Below are positions 25,354 through 38,829 of a DNA stretch of 64,000 nt, piece after piece. The notes under the pieces are model-generated. The model ran no database searches. It was not told the DNA's origin and was given only the letters and a program-made list of their open reading frames with translations. Position 1 is the first letter of the stretch. Every line of letters starts with the position of its first letter. A program made the translations under genes and the position numbers. Origin of the DNA: Camelus dromedarius (Eukaryota); the NCBI RefSeq assembly GCF_036321535.1, contig NC_087437.1:113028001-113092000 (forward strand), read 5' to 3'.

Positions 25354-28300
25354 TCTGGGCAGCAGCACCCTTTTACAAATCTTCTCGATGGTGTCTGGTG
25401 TGTCTGGCCATTTTTGAGAGTTACACAGGTAAGCCGAGGGTTGGAGGGAACATGCGAAGAAATGGCTGTGGGTGCAGGGAGTTCGTCATCACAGGCCAGG
25501 AGTTTGGAGAGCAGGAGGGAGGAGGAGTGGCAGGCTGAGTCTGAGGAAGATGGCAGAGGGTATGATGGGGAGAGGGTGGATGGGCACGGAGACTTCTGCT
25601 TTAGGTTTATGCTTGGTTCCTTGCAAAGTGTGAGTGCTTCCAACTTGCAGAATTTTGCCTTGGACTGAAAGGGAGGTGCAGTGGTGGGTGTGAGGCTGGA
25701 GAGCCTTTGCCTTGCAGTCTTCTGGCGAGTGCATTGGTGGACTGGGGGCAACGGATGGAAGTTGGGTACTGGGGCTGGGGTGGGTGGGAGGGTCTCCAGA
25801 GCTCTTTCACATCAAGAGACTCATGATGTTTTGGCCGGAGGTCTAGAATTGGGAGCTGCCATCACACAGATGGAATGTGGAGCAATGCCCATCTCAAGTT
25901 TTGGGCACTCGGAGTGCTCAGGGGACCTTACCAGGGATGTGGCAAGTTCATGAGAATCTTGTTTTCCCCTGGGAGTCTGAGAGGAAGTGAGCAGAGCTAT
26001 GTAAACTGAGACAGGGCTCTGGGAAGAGGAGGCTCCCCAGAGAAACGAGCCACAAACACAGGCGCCGTGGGGTCAATTGTCAATGAAATGTTGGTTGTTT
26101 TTCTAAACTACGAGAGATAAGAGGTGGTAAAATCTTCCCTCAGCTTCAGCCTTTTAGTATAAATATTTCTGTCAAAGTCAATGCAGGCGGGACTGGGTCT
26201 GGAGGAGGAGCCAGGTACACAAGCCCTGTTGGTCCCGCTCTGGGAGCTGCTTTGTCTGGGGCCTGCCATGAAGGTGCCAGGTGGAACCAGGCGCATCTAA
26301 AGCTCCTGAGACCCTTCCAGGAAGGATACTTTCCTAGGGGTCAAGGAGAAGCTGCCTCATCTTCAGCTTTCAGCAATGGCCAGGGAGCAGCAGACACCAC
26401 TGCCTCTCCCCCAGGCTTGAGCATGGCTTGTCAAAAGGAGAGGCTGGTGAAGGTCATCTGACTCAAGACACCCCCAGATCTGACAGAGCACATCTAAGCT
26501 CTTGTTACTTTTAGGAGCAGCTGGGGCATGAGGGCAGCCTTTTACCTGGGTGCGTGCTCATCTCCCTTGGCCTCAGAGAAGCCTGACCTCTCCTGCTCAC
26601 CAGCCTCCGGCTTCTCGTGATCCAAGTGGATCTCTTCCAACAGCACCCGTGGCTCCCTTCCAATGATAAGCCTGAGTTGGCCCTGAGTGCACCCTGGCTG
26701 ACGGTTCCCTGCTCCCGTGGGGGAAGGTCCACATCTGGGTGTCCACATCCAACAGCAGGATCAGGCAGGCGCACAGGAGAGCCCCCCACCACCCCCACGA
26801 GCATGCTGGACTGGTAGATCTCCAGGGATATTGTGGCTGTTCCACTGTCCACTGGAAGTTTCTAAAATTATAGAACTGCCCTGAAAAATTCTGTCTTTTA
26901 ACTCAGCCAGGGATAAAATGGCCAGGACAGTCTATCTTACAAGTTGATTGTTTGGGTCATTGGCAAGTGTGATACCCTTTGACTCGCCATTCTTATGGCT
27001 AAAATTTCCTTAAACCACCATCGGAGAGGATGGGTTCTCCCTCGCTCTGCCAAGTAAACCTATACCAAGTGCCATGGGTCAGGTTTCATGTGCTCTTGAC
27101 TTCAGGCTCGCAGTGTCACCTTCCTAAGGTGTGCCGTGTCCGAGGATGTGGGTGTCGTGCTTCTCCCTGGGCTAATTCATCCCTGTGCGTGTAAATGAGT
27201 GTGTATCTGTGGGTGGGGCTTACTGCTCACAACTTCTGAGCATCCTGTGGCGACCTCATCAGCATCCCCACACTTTTCACATATTCCCCCAGACCCCGAG
27301 TTCCACAAATTTCTTCTTCTTCCCTGAAATCCCTTATTTCTCCATTCTTTGCCTGAGAACCTTATCTTAACCTGCTTATGGAGCATTTCAAGCTTCTTGC
27401 TTTGCTGGCTCTTTCCTACCTACTTCTGCTTTTGGGTCAGAAGAAGGTAGGGGGTTTCAGATTAGGGAGGTGGAGAAAGAAAGGAGGGGTCTGGATTATG
27501 GAATTCCAGTAGATTATCCCCCACCGACCCCTCTGCACTCAACCCTGGGTGATTAAACTCCCGTACTTCAAGGTTGATCTGCTGAGATTTTCCGAGTCTG
27601 TGAGACTGTCCTTGCTCAAGGATGTTTGTCTCCTCATCAACCTTGAAATTCATTAAAAAGTCGCTTTCACTTGCTCCTTTCCAATAGCTGAGGCTTCTTT
27701 CTCCCTTCCCTGCCACAGGTAGGGGGACGTCATCCTGGCTAGTCATCTTGCTGGTGGAAATCTTTATGATCTTGCAAACTGAAGACCTGGCTCCTTCTTC
27801 TTCCAGGGAACTCACGGGTCAGTGTGGTTGTGTGATGCACCTGTGCACGTGGCCACCATCTGTCCGTCTCTGGGCCACCATATGTCACCTGACCGACATA
27901 TGGGGCATCTCTGCTAATGCCCCCTCTGGAAGCCAGAGCTGGTCCCTCTGCCGCGGAAACCATGTCCCTTCCATGATCTGGGGAACTGAATGTGTCATCC
28001 TTGGGGCATTTTCTGGTCCAGAACATCTCTCATATCTCAACAGCGTCTATCTCTGGCTAAAAGTCAGATATCAAGGCTCCAGCAGCTTCTTTTCTGGGGT
28101 CCCACATCTGTCTGCAGCCTTTACCCTTATTCAGTGGGTTCCCACACTTTTCTGATTATGTACCCATTTAGTAAAAAGCTGTGTGTGGGAGGGGTACATA
28201 TTCCTCATATATTTATTTATAGACTGTACATTATGTGAATTATAAAATATATATCAAGTTGAAGTTAAAACAGAAGAACAAGATGAAATAAACGTTTTTT

Positions 28301-28808
28301 AAAGTATTATTAATTGTGGCGGTTTTATATTATCACTAGTTAATACCTCAAGGCATACTATAAATTGAGATTTAAGATTTCCTTGTTAACCAAAGGGGTA
28401 TCGTTTTGGGCCATCCTCCTGCGGGATCCGATCAGCTCCCCGGCGCTCTCCCCGTGCAGGGTGTTGAGGGGAAGCCTGCAAGGAGAAGACAAGTCAGCTC
28501 CACTTTCCCTTTTCTCTCCCCGCGCTTGCAGCCTCTGCATTATTTCCAGCTGGGTTTCTTAGTAGAAACCTTAAACTACCCATTTTGTTTTGTGAGAACT
28601 GATCACATTACAACAAAATGATCTAATCTATAAACCCACTCCATATGCTTCTAGTCTCTCTGTCCGAGAGTGGGGCTGGTCCTCCGCCTGCTGCGGTGGG
28701 GAACTCCTCCTCCCTCAAGAAACCTCAACTCCTGCTTGTGAGGGATGACGCAAGGGCACCTGTGAGCACCTTTATGTTAAAGGTTAGAATATTAGCTTTT
28801 AGAGATGC

Positions 28809-29238
28809 TGTACTATCACAGACGAGGTGGCTTACACAATACAAGTGTGTTTCCTCACAGCTCTGGAGGCTGGACGTTCGGGATCAAGGCATGAGCAGGG
28901 CTGGTTCCCCTTGAGGGCTGTGAGGGAGAATCTGTCCAGGGCCTCTCTCCCAGCTGCTGGGGCTCAGCTCGCCATCTTTGGCATTGCTTGGCTTCTGGAC
29001 TCATCACTCTCATCTCCGCCTACATCTTCCATGGCATTCTCTCTCTGTCTCTCTGTGTCCGCCCAAATGTCCCCTTTTTATAAGGACATCAGTCATACTG
29101 GATTAGGGCCCACTTTGACAAACTTACTTAATTTGATTAATTCTGTCAAGATCAGACTTCCAAATAAGGTCACACTGAGGTGCTGGGGTTAGGACTCAAA
29201 CATATCTTTTTGAAGGTCAACACCATTCAACCCATAGA
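28809..29238 (-). mobile_element. MaLR (MLT1B/C-like) LTR
   Basis: 'ctcacagctctggaggctgga', 'tataaggacatcagtcatactggattagggcccac', 'ccaaataaggtcacactgagg', 'ccattcaaccca'. Confidence 0.8.
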
Positions 29239-29647
29239 GATTAGTAAAACACTTATTTTCTTACTTTCTGGATAAAAATAGATCAAAATAGAAGTTCTAA
29301 TGTCTCCCTCTTGCATCCCAGCAGGTAACGGGCTGGTGTACCCGTGGAATGTGTGTACTTTTCCTGGGAGTGCACTGCCCAACTGGGTCTGTCCCTCCTC
29401 CTCTCTTCCCCATGATCATCCAGCCCCAGCATTTACTGGGGCAGGGAGGGTGAGGTGTGGAAAGGCCAGGCCCTCTTCAGGAGCTCCACTTGGAGTTATG
29501 CAGATCAGTTTAGTGCTGGACTTCTGGTGAGACGGACGAGTGAACCACCAGTGAGCCTCCTCTCCCTTGTCCTAAACTTCAGACATAGTAGAAAGACATG
29601 GTTTTAAATGAAGGCATAAATGCACTTAAAAGCAAGCAGGGGAAAGA

Positions 29648-30240
29648 CAGTTTGGTGTTTCTTCCAAAAGTTCAACATAGAATTACCTTCTGACCCAGCC
29701 ACTCCACTCCTAGATACACATACCTCCCCAAACTGAAAATGCATTCAAACAAAAACCGATATGTAAATGTTCTTAACAGCACTATTCACAACAGCCAAAA
29801 GGAGGAAGCAACCCAATCAATGTCCCTCAGCTGATGCATGGATAAACAACATGTGACATATCTACGCAACGGAATATTGCTCAGTCATAGTAAGCCATCC
29901 CGCATCACAAACGAACCCCAAAAGCATGATGCTAAGTGAAGGAATCCAGTCACAAAAGATCACATACTGTAAGACTCCGTTTCTATGTCATGTCCTGGGT
30001 AGAACTATCCATAGAGACAGGGAGCAGATTTAGTGGTTGCCAGGGGTTCACGGGAGGGGAAGATGGGGAGTGACTGCTTAATGTGGTGGGGTTTTCTTTT
30101 ATGGTGATGAGAATGTTTTGGAACTAGATAGAGGTGGTGCGTGCACAAAGTGTGACTATAGTAGTTGCCACTGAAAAAAATTGTATACGTTAGGATGGTT
30201 AATTTTATGTTACATGAATTTACCTCAAAAATTAAAAAGC
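29648..30240 (+). mobile_element. L1 (L1MB-like) 3' end
   Basis: 'tgacccagccactccactcctag', 'cagcactattcacaacagccaaaa', 'gagtgactgcttaatg', 'gaatgttttggaactagatagaggtggt'. Confidence 0.85.
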
Positions 30241-32109
30241 AAAAAGGGGAAATCTTGGGGGATCAGAAGCTGTCAGGACTCCATAACCATGGATAGTGCA
30301 TTATGATGACACTGTGGGCACCCTCTGTGATGGGGACTCTGGAGAGAGCCCTGAGTTGGTGCCCTCCTGCAACTGGCCAGAACAGCTTCCACCACATGTG
30401 CCAAGTGAAAATCCTAGCAAAAACATGGAATTTTTTCTCTTTAAAAAAAATCAAATGGCTTGGTGCTGTCTGCTGTCCAGAGCTTGTGGGCAATGTGGAC
30501 ATATTAGTAACCACAATTTACAAGACCCCTTCCTGTCTTCTCTAGCTCCCTCCCAAACCTTCAAATCCTATATTTTAAGTTCCTCCTGTTTTCTTTGGAA
30601 TGCAGTTAATTGACTTGGAATGACTATAATCTGCGGTGGAGAATAACATGCTTACTGGGTAAATAGCTCCTTCTCAAAAGAGCTGCAAAAAGCAGATTAT
30701 GTGCAAATTCAGGGAATGTTTTTCGGTGCCAAGCTCCGGTTGGATTTGAAAGGTCCTGTCAAGCTTCAGATTCACAGCTTGACATTTATATGGTTATTTA
30801 TGTCACTTATTAGCTGTGGTGTGCTTGTGACACTCTAATTATGACTGCCCTCCTAGCTTGTCTTACGAACAGCAAGAGATTGCTTTGTGACAAGAGTTCA
30901 CCCTGGGGTGTTCCTCTTGAACACATCTGGGCAAGGAGGGAGTCAAAAGGGCTGATGACTTTGGCACGTGTTCGTTTTGGGCTGCAGTGTTCTCGAAGCT
31001 TTTGCCCCAAAAACCCTGGTTGCCAGGCATTTCTGCTGCTCTGGGTCCAGTAAGAGGCAGAAAAATCTACCCTGGGAACCCAAGAAGCTGCTCCAAGTGC
31101 CATGTCTTGAATAGCCTTTGTTTCTAGGAGATTCTGAGGCACGCAGAAGGAAGCTCTGCATTTCTTTAAGGTGGTTCAGAAAGCCAGCCTGAGTAGGGAA
31201 TTGTGAAGAGCCAGTATCTTGGTTTTTGAGAAACTTGTTCTAATTTTTGACATTCTGACATTAAAAAAAAATCTTGAGCCGTGATTCTTAGCCTTGGGTC
31301 TGCAGGGCAAAGGGAATCTGCTCTGTCCCGAGGGGCCTGATCTCTCTTACTTGGACCTGGAATGGAAATGGACCCATATTGTGAAGCTTCTGGTTATAGT
31401 GTTCCCCCTCTGTCTACTTTCCCCACCTTGGGAGGCTGTCGGGTGGATCAAGTGCCAGGTGGTGGGCTCAGTAGAATCCCACAGAAGAGAAGTGAAGAAG
31501 GTGGGTTCTTGGCTCAGAATGAACTCCACCTGGCTCCTCCTGCTCCAGGTGAAGTTCTCAGGAGGAGACTGAGTCTGACACTTCCCAGGAGAACCAAAAA
31601 AAATATAAGAAAAGCACCTCTGAAGATAAATACTGCACTGAACTGCAAGGCATGCTATAAAAGGTGCACCCTGGCTGTTACTGGAGGCTGAGAATGGCTT
31701 TGTCTCCCAGATGGGGCTTTTACTGTGGGTTGTGGTTACACCGCGGTGCCACAGTCCCCATCGCTGACCTCCCCGGCCTTCAGAACAGCTCAGTGCTTTC
31801 GAGAAAGGAAAGCTGGAATTCACTCGCATTTTGCCGCCATCTTGGGAAGAGATCTATCTTGCTCGTTCCCATTTTTATAAAATCTTAGTTAAGCTGATGG
31901 ACACTTCCTCTTCCCCAGACCATTTTTGCTCCTTGCTTTCCTTAAGTTAGGATGCCACTCGCCATACCCCTGATGCTTTACAGCTATGTGGGAGTTTGAG
32001 TCCAGGCTGCTAGAAGTAATGACTACCTATCAATCCAGAGTTTCCAAGACTTCAGATGTGCACAGCCAGTCGCCTTCCGCCAGGCAGGAGAGTTTCTAAA
32101 AAGAAAAGA

Positions 32110-33835
32110 GTCAAGACGAATGTCAAGTGAATGCCCACATAAATATGTCAAAGTGATTTTTGACAAAGGAGCAGAAGCAATTCATTGGAGGAAGGATGAT
32201 CTTTTCAACAAATGATGCTAGAGTGATGTATGTCCACAGGCAAAAAAAAAAAAAAAAAAATGAACCTCTAATGCAACTCCGCACATTATTCCTCACCTCA
32301 TTACACAAAAAGTGACTCAAAATGGATCATGAAAAAATAATGGATCATGGACTTCAAATTCAAATGTAAAATATGAAACTTAGAATAACTCCACCTAAAA
32401 TTTAAAAAAATAGAAGAAAACATGGGGACCTGGGCAAGATGAAGAGTTTCTAGACTTGATACCAAAAACATGGTCCATACAGGGAAAAACTGGTAAATTT
32501 TACATCCTCAGAATTGAAACTTTTGCTCTGTGAAAGCCCCTATGAACAGAATGGAAAGATAAGTAACAGCCGAGAGACAATATTTGCAAATCATATACCT
32601 AACAAAGGACATGTACCTAGAATATAGAAAGAACTCTCAAAACTCAACAGTAGAAAAGCTCTAAAATGGGCAAAGACATGAATAGATGTTTTGTTAGGTA
32701 GTTAGATAAGTGGGGACACCCGGCAGCTACGGCGAAGGAGAGGGAGGATGGTCTGGAAGATTGCAGTGTGCCCGCCTTCAGCATAAAGGGGCTTTACTTA
32801 GTCTAAATGAGTGCCAGCAAGAAACTGGTTAGAACTTGATGGCCTGGCAGTAGCAATCAAGACCCAACTGGACATGATCCAATGCTCATTGTAAAAATAT
32901 AATTAGCATTGCAGTTTAGGGCCCCCCCCTGGGTTTTCTGTGTGCATTATGGGTAAGGACATGCGCAAAAGGGGATAAACATGACTAAGCATTCCAGGGG
33001 CAAGGGCCATTAATCAATCAAGAGACCATCTCCAAGTGAGGGTAAAAGGAAAGGGCCAAACAAAGACCATTTCTATCCACCCTTAGATCAGCCTGCCTCC
33101 TGTTCTTGGAGGTGTAGTTCGCTTTTGCTAATAAAACCTTTAAAATCTTTCGCTACTCAATGCTTCTGTCTCCCATCTGAATTCTTTTGAGTAAGACAAG
33201 AACTAGAATCTTTTTTCTCCCCCTTTTGGGGTAACAGTTTCACTGGAGAAGATATGCAGAAGGCAGATATGCACGTGGAGACTAGTTCAACATCATTAGC
33301 CATTAGGGAGATGCCAATTAAAACCATGATGAGATATCACCATGCACCTATCAGAATGGCTAAAATAAAAACCGGTGATAACAACAACTGCTGGCGAGGA
33401 TGGGGAGAGACTGGCTCACTCACACATTGTGATGGGAATGGAAATGGCACAGCTCCTTTGGAAAAAGAGTCTGACAGCTTCTCACAAAACTAAACATGCA
33501 CTTACCATGTGACCCAGCAATCGCACTCTTGGACATTATCCCAGAGAAATGAAAACTTATGCTCACACACAGAAAAAAAAAAAACTCTACAAAAATATTC
33601 ATAGCAGCTCTATTTGTAATAGTCCCAAACTGGAAACATCCCAAATATCCTACGATGGGTGAATGGTTAAACAAACTGGTACATCCATAACTCGGTCAAT
33701 TTCTTGTTGGTGATATGACACTATAGTTATGCAAGTTGATGTTATCCTTGGGAGAAACTGGGTGAAGGGACCTTCCTGAACTATCTCTTACAACTGCATA
33801 TGAATCTACAATTATCTCAAAATAAAAAGTTTCTT
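32110..33835 (+). mobile_element. L1 (ORF2 3' part plus 3' UTR), interrupted by the solo LTR at 32692-33236
   Basis: 'tgacaaaggagc', 'tatttgcaaatcatata', 'aaaatgggcaaagacatgaataga[LTR]cactggagaagatatgcaga', and translated LAIREMPIKTMMRYHH. Confidence 0.9.
32692..33236 (+). mobile_element. ERV1-type solo LTR, 545 bp
   Basis: TGTTA...TAACA terminal inverted repeat, perfect 4-bp TSD GTTT (32688-32691 / 33237-33240), AATAAA at 33130-33135. The host L1 is colinear once the LTR is removed. Confidence 0.9.
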
Positions 33836-33984
33836 TAAGCTATATTAAATAGTCAAGTAAATCAGATGCTAAGAATCCGGGGGCTGTGGGGCATGAGGCA
33901 GACCCCAGGAGGAGCTGAGAAGGAGGGAATCTTTGCTTGAAAAGTACAGCTGATAATAGCAGTGCCTCTCCCCATATGATCCAC

Positions 33985-34665
33985 GTTGGTATTTACTCAG
34001 ATGAGTTGAAAACTTATGTCCACACAAAAACCTGCACATGAATGTTTAAGGCAGTTTTATTCATAATTGCTGAAACTTGGAAGCAACCACGAGGTCCTTT
34101 GGTGGGTGAATGGATAAAGAAACTAGTACATTCACACAATGGAATATTATTCAGAGCTATAAGGAAATGGGCTATCAAGCCATAAAAAGGCATGGAGGAA
34201 ACTTAAAGTCATACTATTAAGTAAAAGACGCCAATCTGAAAAGACTACATACTGTATGATTCCAACTTTGTGATATTCTGGAAAAGGTAAACCTACGAAG
34301 ACAGTAAAACGATCAGGGCTTGCCAGGGAGAAGGGAGGAAGGATAACTATGCAAAGCACAGAGGATTTCTAGGTCAGTGAAAATGATCTGTGACACTACA
34401 ATTGGGGATACATGTCGTAATACATATGTCCAAACCCACAGAATGTATAACACCAAGAGGCACTCTAATGCAAACTATGGACTTGGAGTGATAACTGTGT
34501 GTCAGTTCACTGACTGTAACATGAGAGATGTAACATCTGGTGACAGACATAGAGAATGAGGGAGATTATGCACGCGTGGAGGTGGGGTATATAAGAAATC
34601 TCTGTACCTTCTGCTCAATTTTGCTGTGAACCTAAAGCTGCTCTAAAAATAAAGTCCATTAAGAA
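33985..34665 (+). mobile_element. L1 (L1MC-like) 3' end
   Basis: 'aaaacttatgtccacacaaaaacctgcacatgaatg', 'ctgtaccttctgctcaattttgctgtgaacctaaa'. Confidence 0.85.
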
Positions 34666-36544
34666 ATAGTATCAGTGGTGTTACTGACATCTTCAGACAA
34701 TTCAAGGTGCTTTTAGGAACATTTTTTTTTCTTTAAAAGACCATCCTTAAGACCATGCTCTGAGATGGGTGGAAGGAGGAGGCTGTAAATGATAGTAGGT
34801 GCTATGTAGAGGAAAAGTGTGCCTGCATCACCTTACTCCCCATAGTGGATGGGAGGTGCTGATGTGACCAGAGACATGCTTCTAGGCAGGGATGGGGTGA
34901 GGAGAAGTCTCCCTGGGGTTCATTGGTAGGGTGGGTGGTTGGTTGAAGGTGTGGAGACTCCAGCCTAGGGGAGCTGAATGGAGGCAGGGAAGAGAGGTTT
35001 GTGGTCCACAAGAGGGAGGACCAGGGCAGAGAAGTGATAGGGGTCTGCTGGAATTCTCTTCCTGTCATTGGATGCCACACTCTAGCATATCAGTGGAACT
35101 ATATACAAGGATAAGGAAAGGAGAGGGGAAAGCAACATGGGGGGGGGGGGGGCCAGGAAAGGGATCTGAACTCAAAATTTGGAAGGGGTAAGACTCTAAA
35201 ACCTGGGATGGATCTAGTGATTAACCCAAGGGACTGATTTACTTTGGGGACTTCACATAGTTAGAAAATGGGAGAGAATATGATGGGAGGAACTTTTCTT
35301 GGTGCCATGACTTCTAGGGAGGGTTACTTACTGACTTCCCTCATTTATGCCTTCTTAAATTATTTGTCTCTTTCCCAAGCACTTGTTTGGAGCGCAGGGT
35401 TGGGTACACAGGCTTTCCTGCTGCCCACCCTGGCAGACAAAGCTGTCTACCTTTTGTGGTCTCTTGTGGGAACCACTCAGGCTGCCTGGAACCTTTAGAG
35501 TTGGGAGGCCATGTTGGTACTTCCAGGTAGAGGCCGCCTCCAGGCAAGAAGCATAGAGGATTGGGAATTGGAGCCCCAGCTTGGCCTCTTCTTGGCTATA
35601 TCAAACCAAGATGGACTCGCAGGATGCCTGAAAATCGGGGAAATGAAGGAGAAGAAATGAAGCAACTAAGAGGTGGGGGAGAAGATTCCAGAGCCACACA
35701 GGGATGACCAGGTGCTGCCACCTGGGTAAGAGGAGGAGCAAAAGATTTGGAAAGAGCCAGGGGAGGGGTGCTCTTGCCTCCAAGCCCTCCTTTAGTGGGC
35801 AGCCCCCTAGCCCCTACCCCACCCAATGTGACCAGGAGGACCCTCTGTCCAGGCAGGTGCCCACTTCTGTGTCCATAATGATGTTTCTTTATGGGAACGA
35901 TCAGAATGATTTAAGAAAGGCAATGACATTCAAAAAGCCCTGTGGTTGTCTCCTAACAGGTCTTGGATCGCCAGGATGTCTGTTGAGCTGATGTCTGTTG
36001 AGCAGAGGTGTTGGTTTGAGGCCATGTGGCACAGACAGCCAAGAGCCCAGCCCTTCTGCCTCCCGGGGGCAGCCTGGTCCACTGCTGGCCTCACACTTAT
36101 CAGTCACTGAAACAGAAATTGGAGATTAAAGAAGGAAAGAAAGCACTGAAGCTTGGTGGGGAGAGAGGAGGTTTTGCCTAAGTCGCAGACGCATTTGGAA
36201 CTTGGAGTCCGATTTGATGCTCTCAGGAAGCAAGCGCCCCCACCTCCAAGGCTGAAGGGCCGTGGGTCCTAGTGGCCCATCGTGTTTGGGTGGCCGTCAA
36301 GGACTGCGTGGCCTGCCTTTCTTCCCACTGATAGTGTCTTCCTGGAGGGCAGATCGGGCCTCCCCCACTGGCTTCTCTCCAGCGAAACACAGCTGTGTGA
36401 GGCCAGGTCAGCATTTTGGCCTTGGTCGTGACGTTGAAACCCAAGAGGATCAGTGAACTTAATTAGAACCAGAGACTCTCACCTGTCTTTGCACCCGCTG
36501 CTCTTAACCCCGAACTAAGATGTTTGAAAAATCCCTAGACACTT

Positions 36545-36930
36545 TAAATTTTTTAATTTCATTTTATTCTTAACCTTTCATTTGGAAAAATTTTAAGCCT
36601 GCAGAAAAGTTATGAGACTAGCACAGTGGACATCTGTCTGCCCTTGACCTACATTGCCCAGTGGTTAACATCGCTACGTGTGCTGTCAGCTCCACAAGCA
36701 GACTGACTATATTATTATCATTATTTATGGCACCAATTGAGAGTAAGTTGCAGACACCATGATCTTTCATCCCTGAATGCTAAGAATAAGGACTCTCACT
36801 TTTATAACCACAATATAGTAGTTAAGTTCAGAAAATTTAACACTGATACAACAGAAATATGTGCTATACAGTCCACATTCAAGTCACACCAGTGCTCCCA
36901 CAAATGTCCTGTATAGTAATTTTCTTTTCT
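36545..36930 (-). mobile_element. Ancient L1 (L1ME-like) 3' end
   Basis: 'gcagaaaagtta', 'ttgagagtaagttgcagacaccatg', 'gttcagaaaatttaacactgataca'. Confidence 0.6.
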
Positions 36931-36984
36931 GATCTCAAGTAAAGACCTATTATTCTTAGTGTCGATAGTTATTGAAAAGGCTAT

Positions 36985-37092
36985 GCACATACATATACAT
37001 CACAGACACACACACCACACACACCACAGACGCACACATACCACACACCACACACACCATACGCACCACACCACACACACTCGCACGCCACA
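36985..37092. repeat. CA-rich low-complexity repeat (CACAC/CA)n
   Basis: Directly visible; it produces the His/Thr-rich chance ORF 36959-37492. Confidence 0.9.
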
Positions 37093-38544
37093 CTCCCTCA
37101 AGCCAGATTTGAGCTTTGTGGCCAGGCGTGCTCCCTGTAAGAGGGTGGGAATGTGTTTGCTCCTCTATTTTTGGAGGCAAGCTGCCTCCCCTCATTCTGG
37201 GGGGTCCTCACCAGGCTCATTCCTCCAATTGCTGGGGCAGGGGGTTCAGGGGTCAGTCCTGTCTCACTCTGGCCTTGTGGGCTGGAGGAAGGGACCCGGT
37301 CAGGCTGGCTGGGGGACACATGCTCTTCCCGCAGGGATGCCCTGTTCTCTGCCCATCGGCGCGCACAGTGAGCCTTTGCTTTTGGCCTACCGCCATCCAC
37401 TCAGGGAGATGGAAAGTGCAGAGCTAAAAGGACTTCAGGTATCACCTGCTCCTCCTTCCTCTTCATTGACAGGGAGGCGTTCAGGAGGGTGAAGTGACTT
37501 AGCCAAGGTTACTTTGCCAGCAGATGGAATGAAAATCAAACTGATATTTTTTCAGGCCATGCAGCTGTTTTATGACAAGTCTGGGGATCAGGGAACATGC
37601 GGACAAAAGAGGAAACATATTCCCTAGAGAGAATGCAAAGCAGGGACAGGGAACAAGCTTCTGGAAAGGTGAAGGGGCAAAACTTTGGGTGAACCCTAGC
37701 CCCCATGATGTACAGCAGCGGGAGTGCTGGGGGTCTGGCTCTGCTCCCCTGAGGGGTCGAGTCCACGGTGGGGTGGTCCCCAGGTCTTGGTGCTCTGGGT
37801 GGGCTCTCTGCTGGGTGAGGGTCGGGAGGCCGTTCACGCCCCCTTGTCTGTCTCGGCTCCTAAGTGCTCTTAGTTTGAATGTTCTACTTGAATTGGCTTT
37901 CTCTCCGGGACTGGAGTCCACTGGGAGGAATTTGCCATAATCTGCTCTTCTGGCTTGGGAACTCACCAAGGGACGCAGACAGGAGACACATGCTCAGCGT
38001 GAACGAGAAATTCACAGCTAAAATCGTTCTGTCTCTAGTTGCAACCAATTGGATTTTACAGGACGAAATGATTAGACGGAAAGTCATAGGCTAAGAAAAT
38101 AGGAGCTTCTGCCAAGAACTCTTCCACTGCAGGTTGTGGGGTTGGAATGAGTGGCCTGATTTATGGGGATCCCATCCACACTGGGAACACGGAGCCATGT
38201 GCCAGAGATGTGGGGCTTCATTCCTCCTGAAGACAGCCCGGACTGGAGACCGTCCAGGCCGCATCTGTTTTGCAGATTAGGAGAGACACACAGAAAACAA
38301 ACTGTTGTGTTCCTGCCACTCTTGTGGCTCGTGATGGCCCAAGCCAAGCCACGATGGCCAAGAGTTAACATGCAGTGGATGGATCTTGGCCTCCCTTGGA
38401 AAAATTTTTCCTTTTTGAAAACTACTTGAACACCGCAATCAGAAGTCCATGATGGTTGAGAGGGAAGTCTGGGCAAAAGTGTCAGCCCCTATCTCTTCCC
38501 CGGGATAGATCTGTTTTTTGCTATGACAACAAGCATCATGAACC

Positions 38545-38780
38545 GACTATTAACATTTATTTAGAGTTTACTGTCTGCCAGACATGGATCTAAGCACTTT
38601 GTCTATTGTTTTCTTTAATCAGCACAGTCCCATGAAATAGGTGGCATTTTACAGATGAGAAAACTAAGACTCAGGGAGGGTGAGAAGCTTGGATAAGGTC
38701 ACACAATAATTAAGTGGCAAAATCCAGACACCATCCCAGACAGTCTAGTGTTAGTCTGTATGTCATTAACCACCATTCTT
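38545..38780. mobile_element. MIR
   Basis: 'cattttacagatgagaaaactaagactcaggg...aaggtcacacaataattaagtggca'. Confidence 0.8.
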
Positions 38781-38829
38781 TATTTTTTTCTTAACCAAGT
38801 CATCATTTTGTTTTAAGTTGGTGTGTGTT

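Noticed and set aside
27800..27900. MAGE-like spacing on the minus strand (QV....P...W.PRA-x10-EF, with TSKM nearby)
   Set aside because: The motifs lie in different frames, DNA similarity is poor, and the rest of the MAGE domain is absent.
35975..36003. 14-bp tandem duplication GATGTCTGTTGAGC
   Set aside because: An ordinary slippage duplication with two units and no spacer array.
36959..37492. His-rich 177-aa ORF
   Set aside because: It is the translation of a CA-rich simple repeat.
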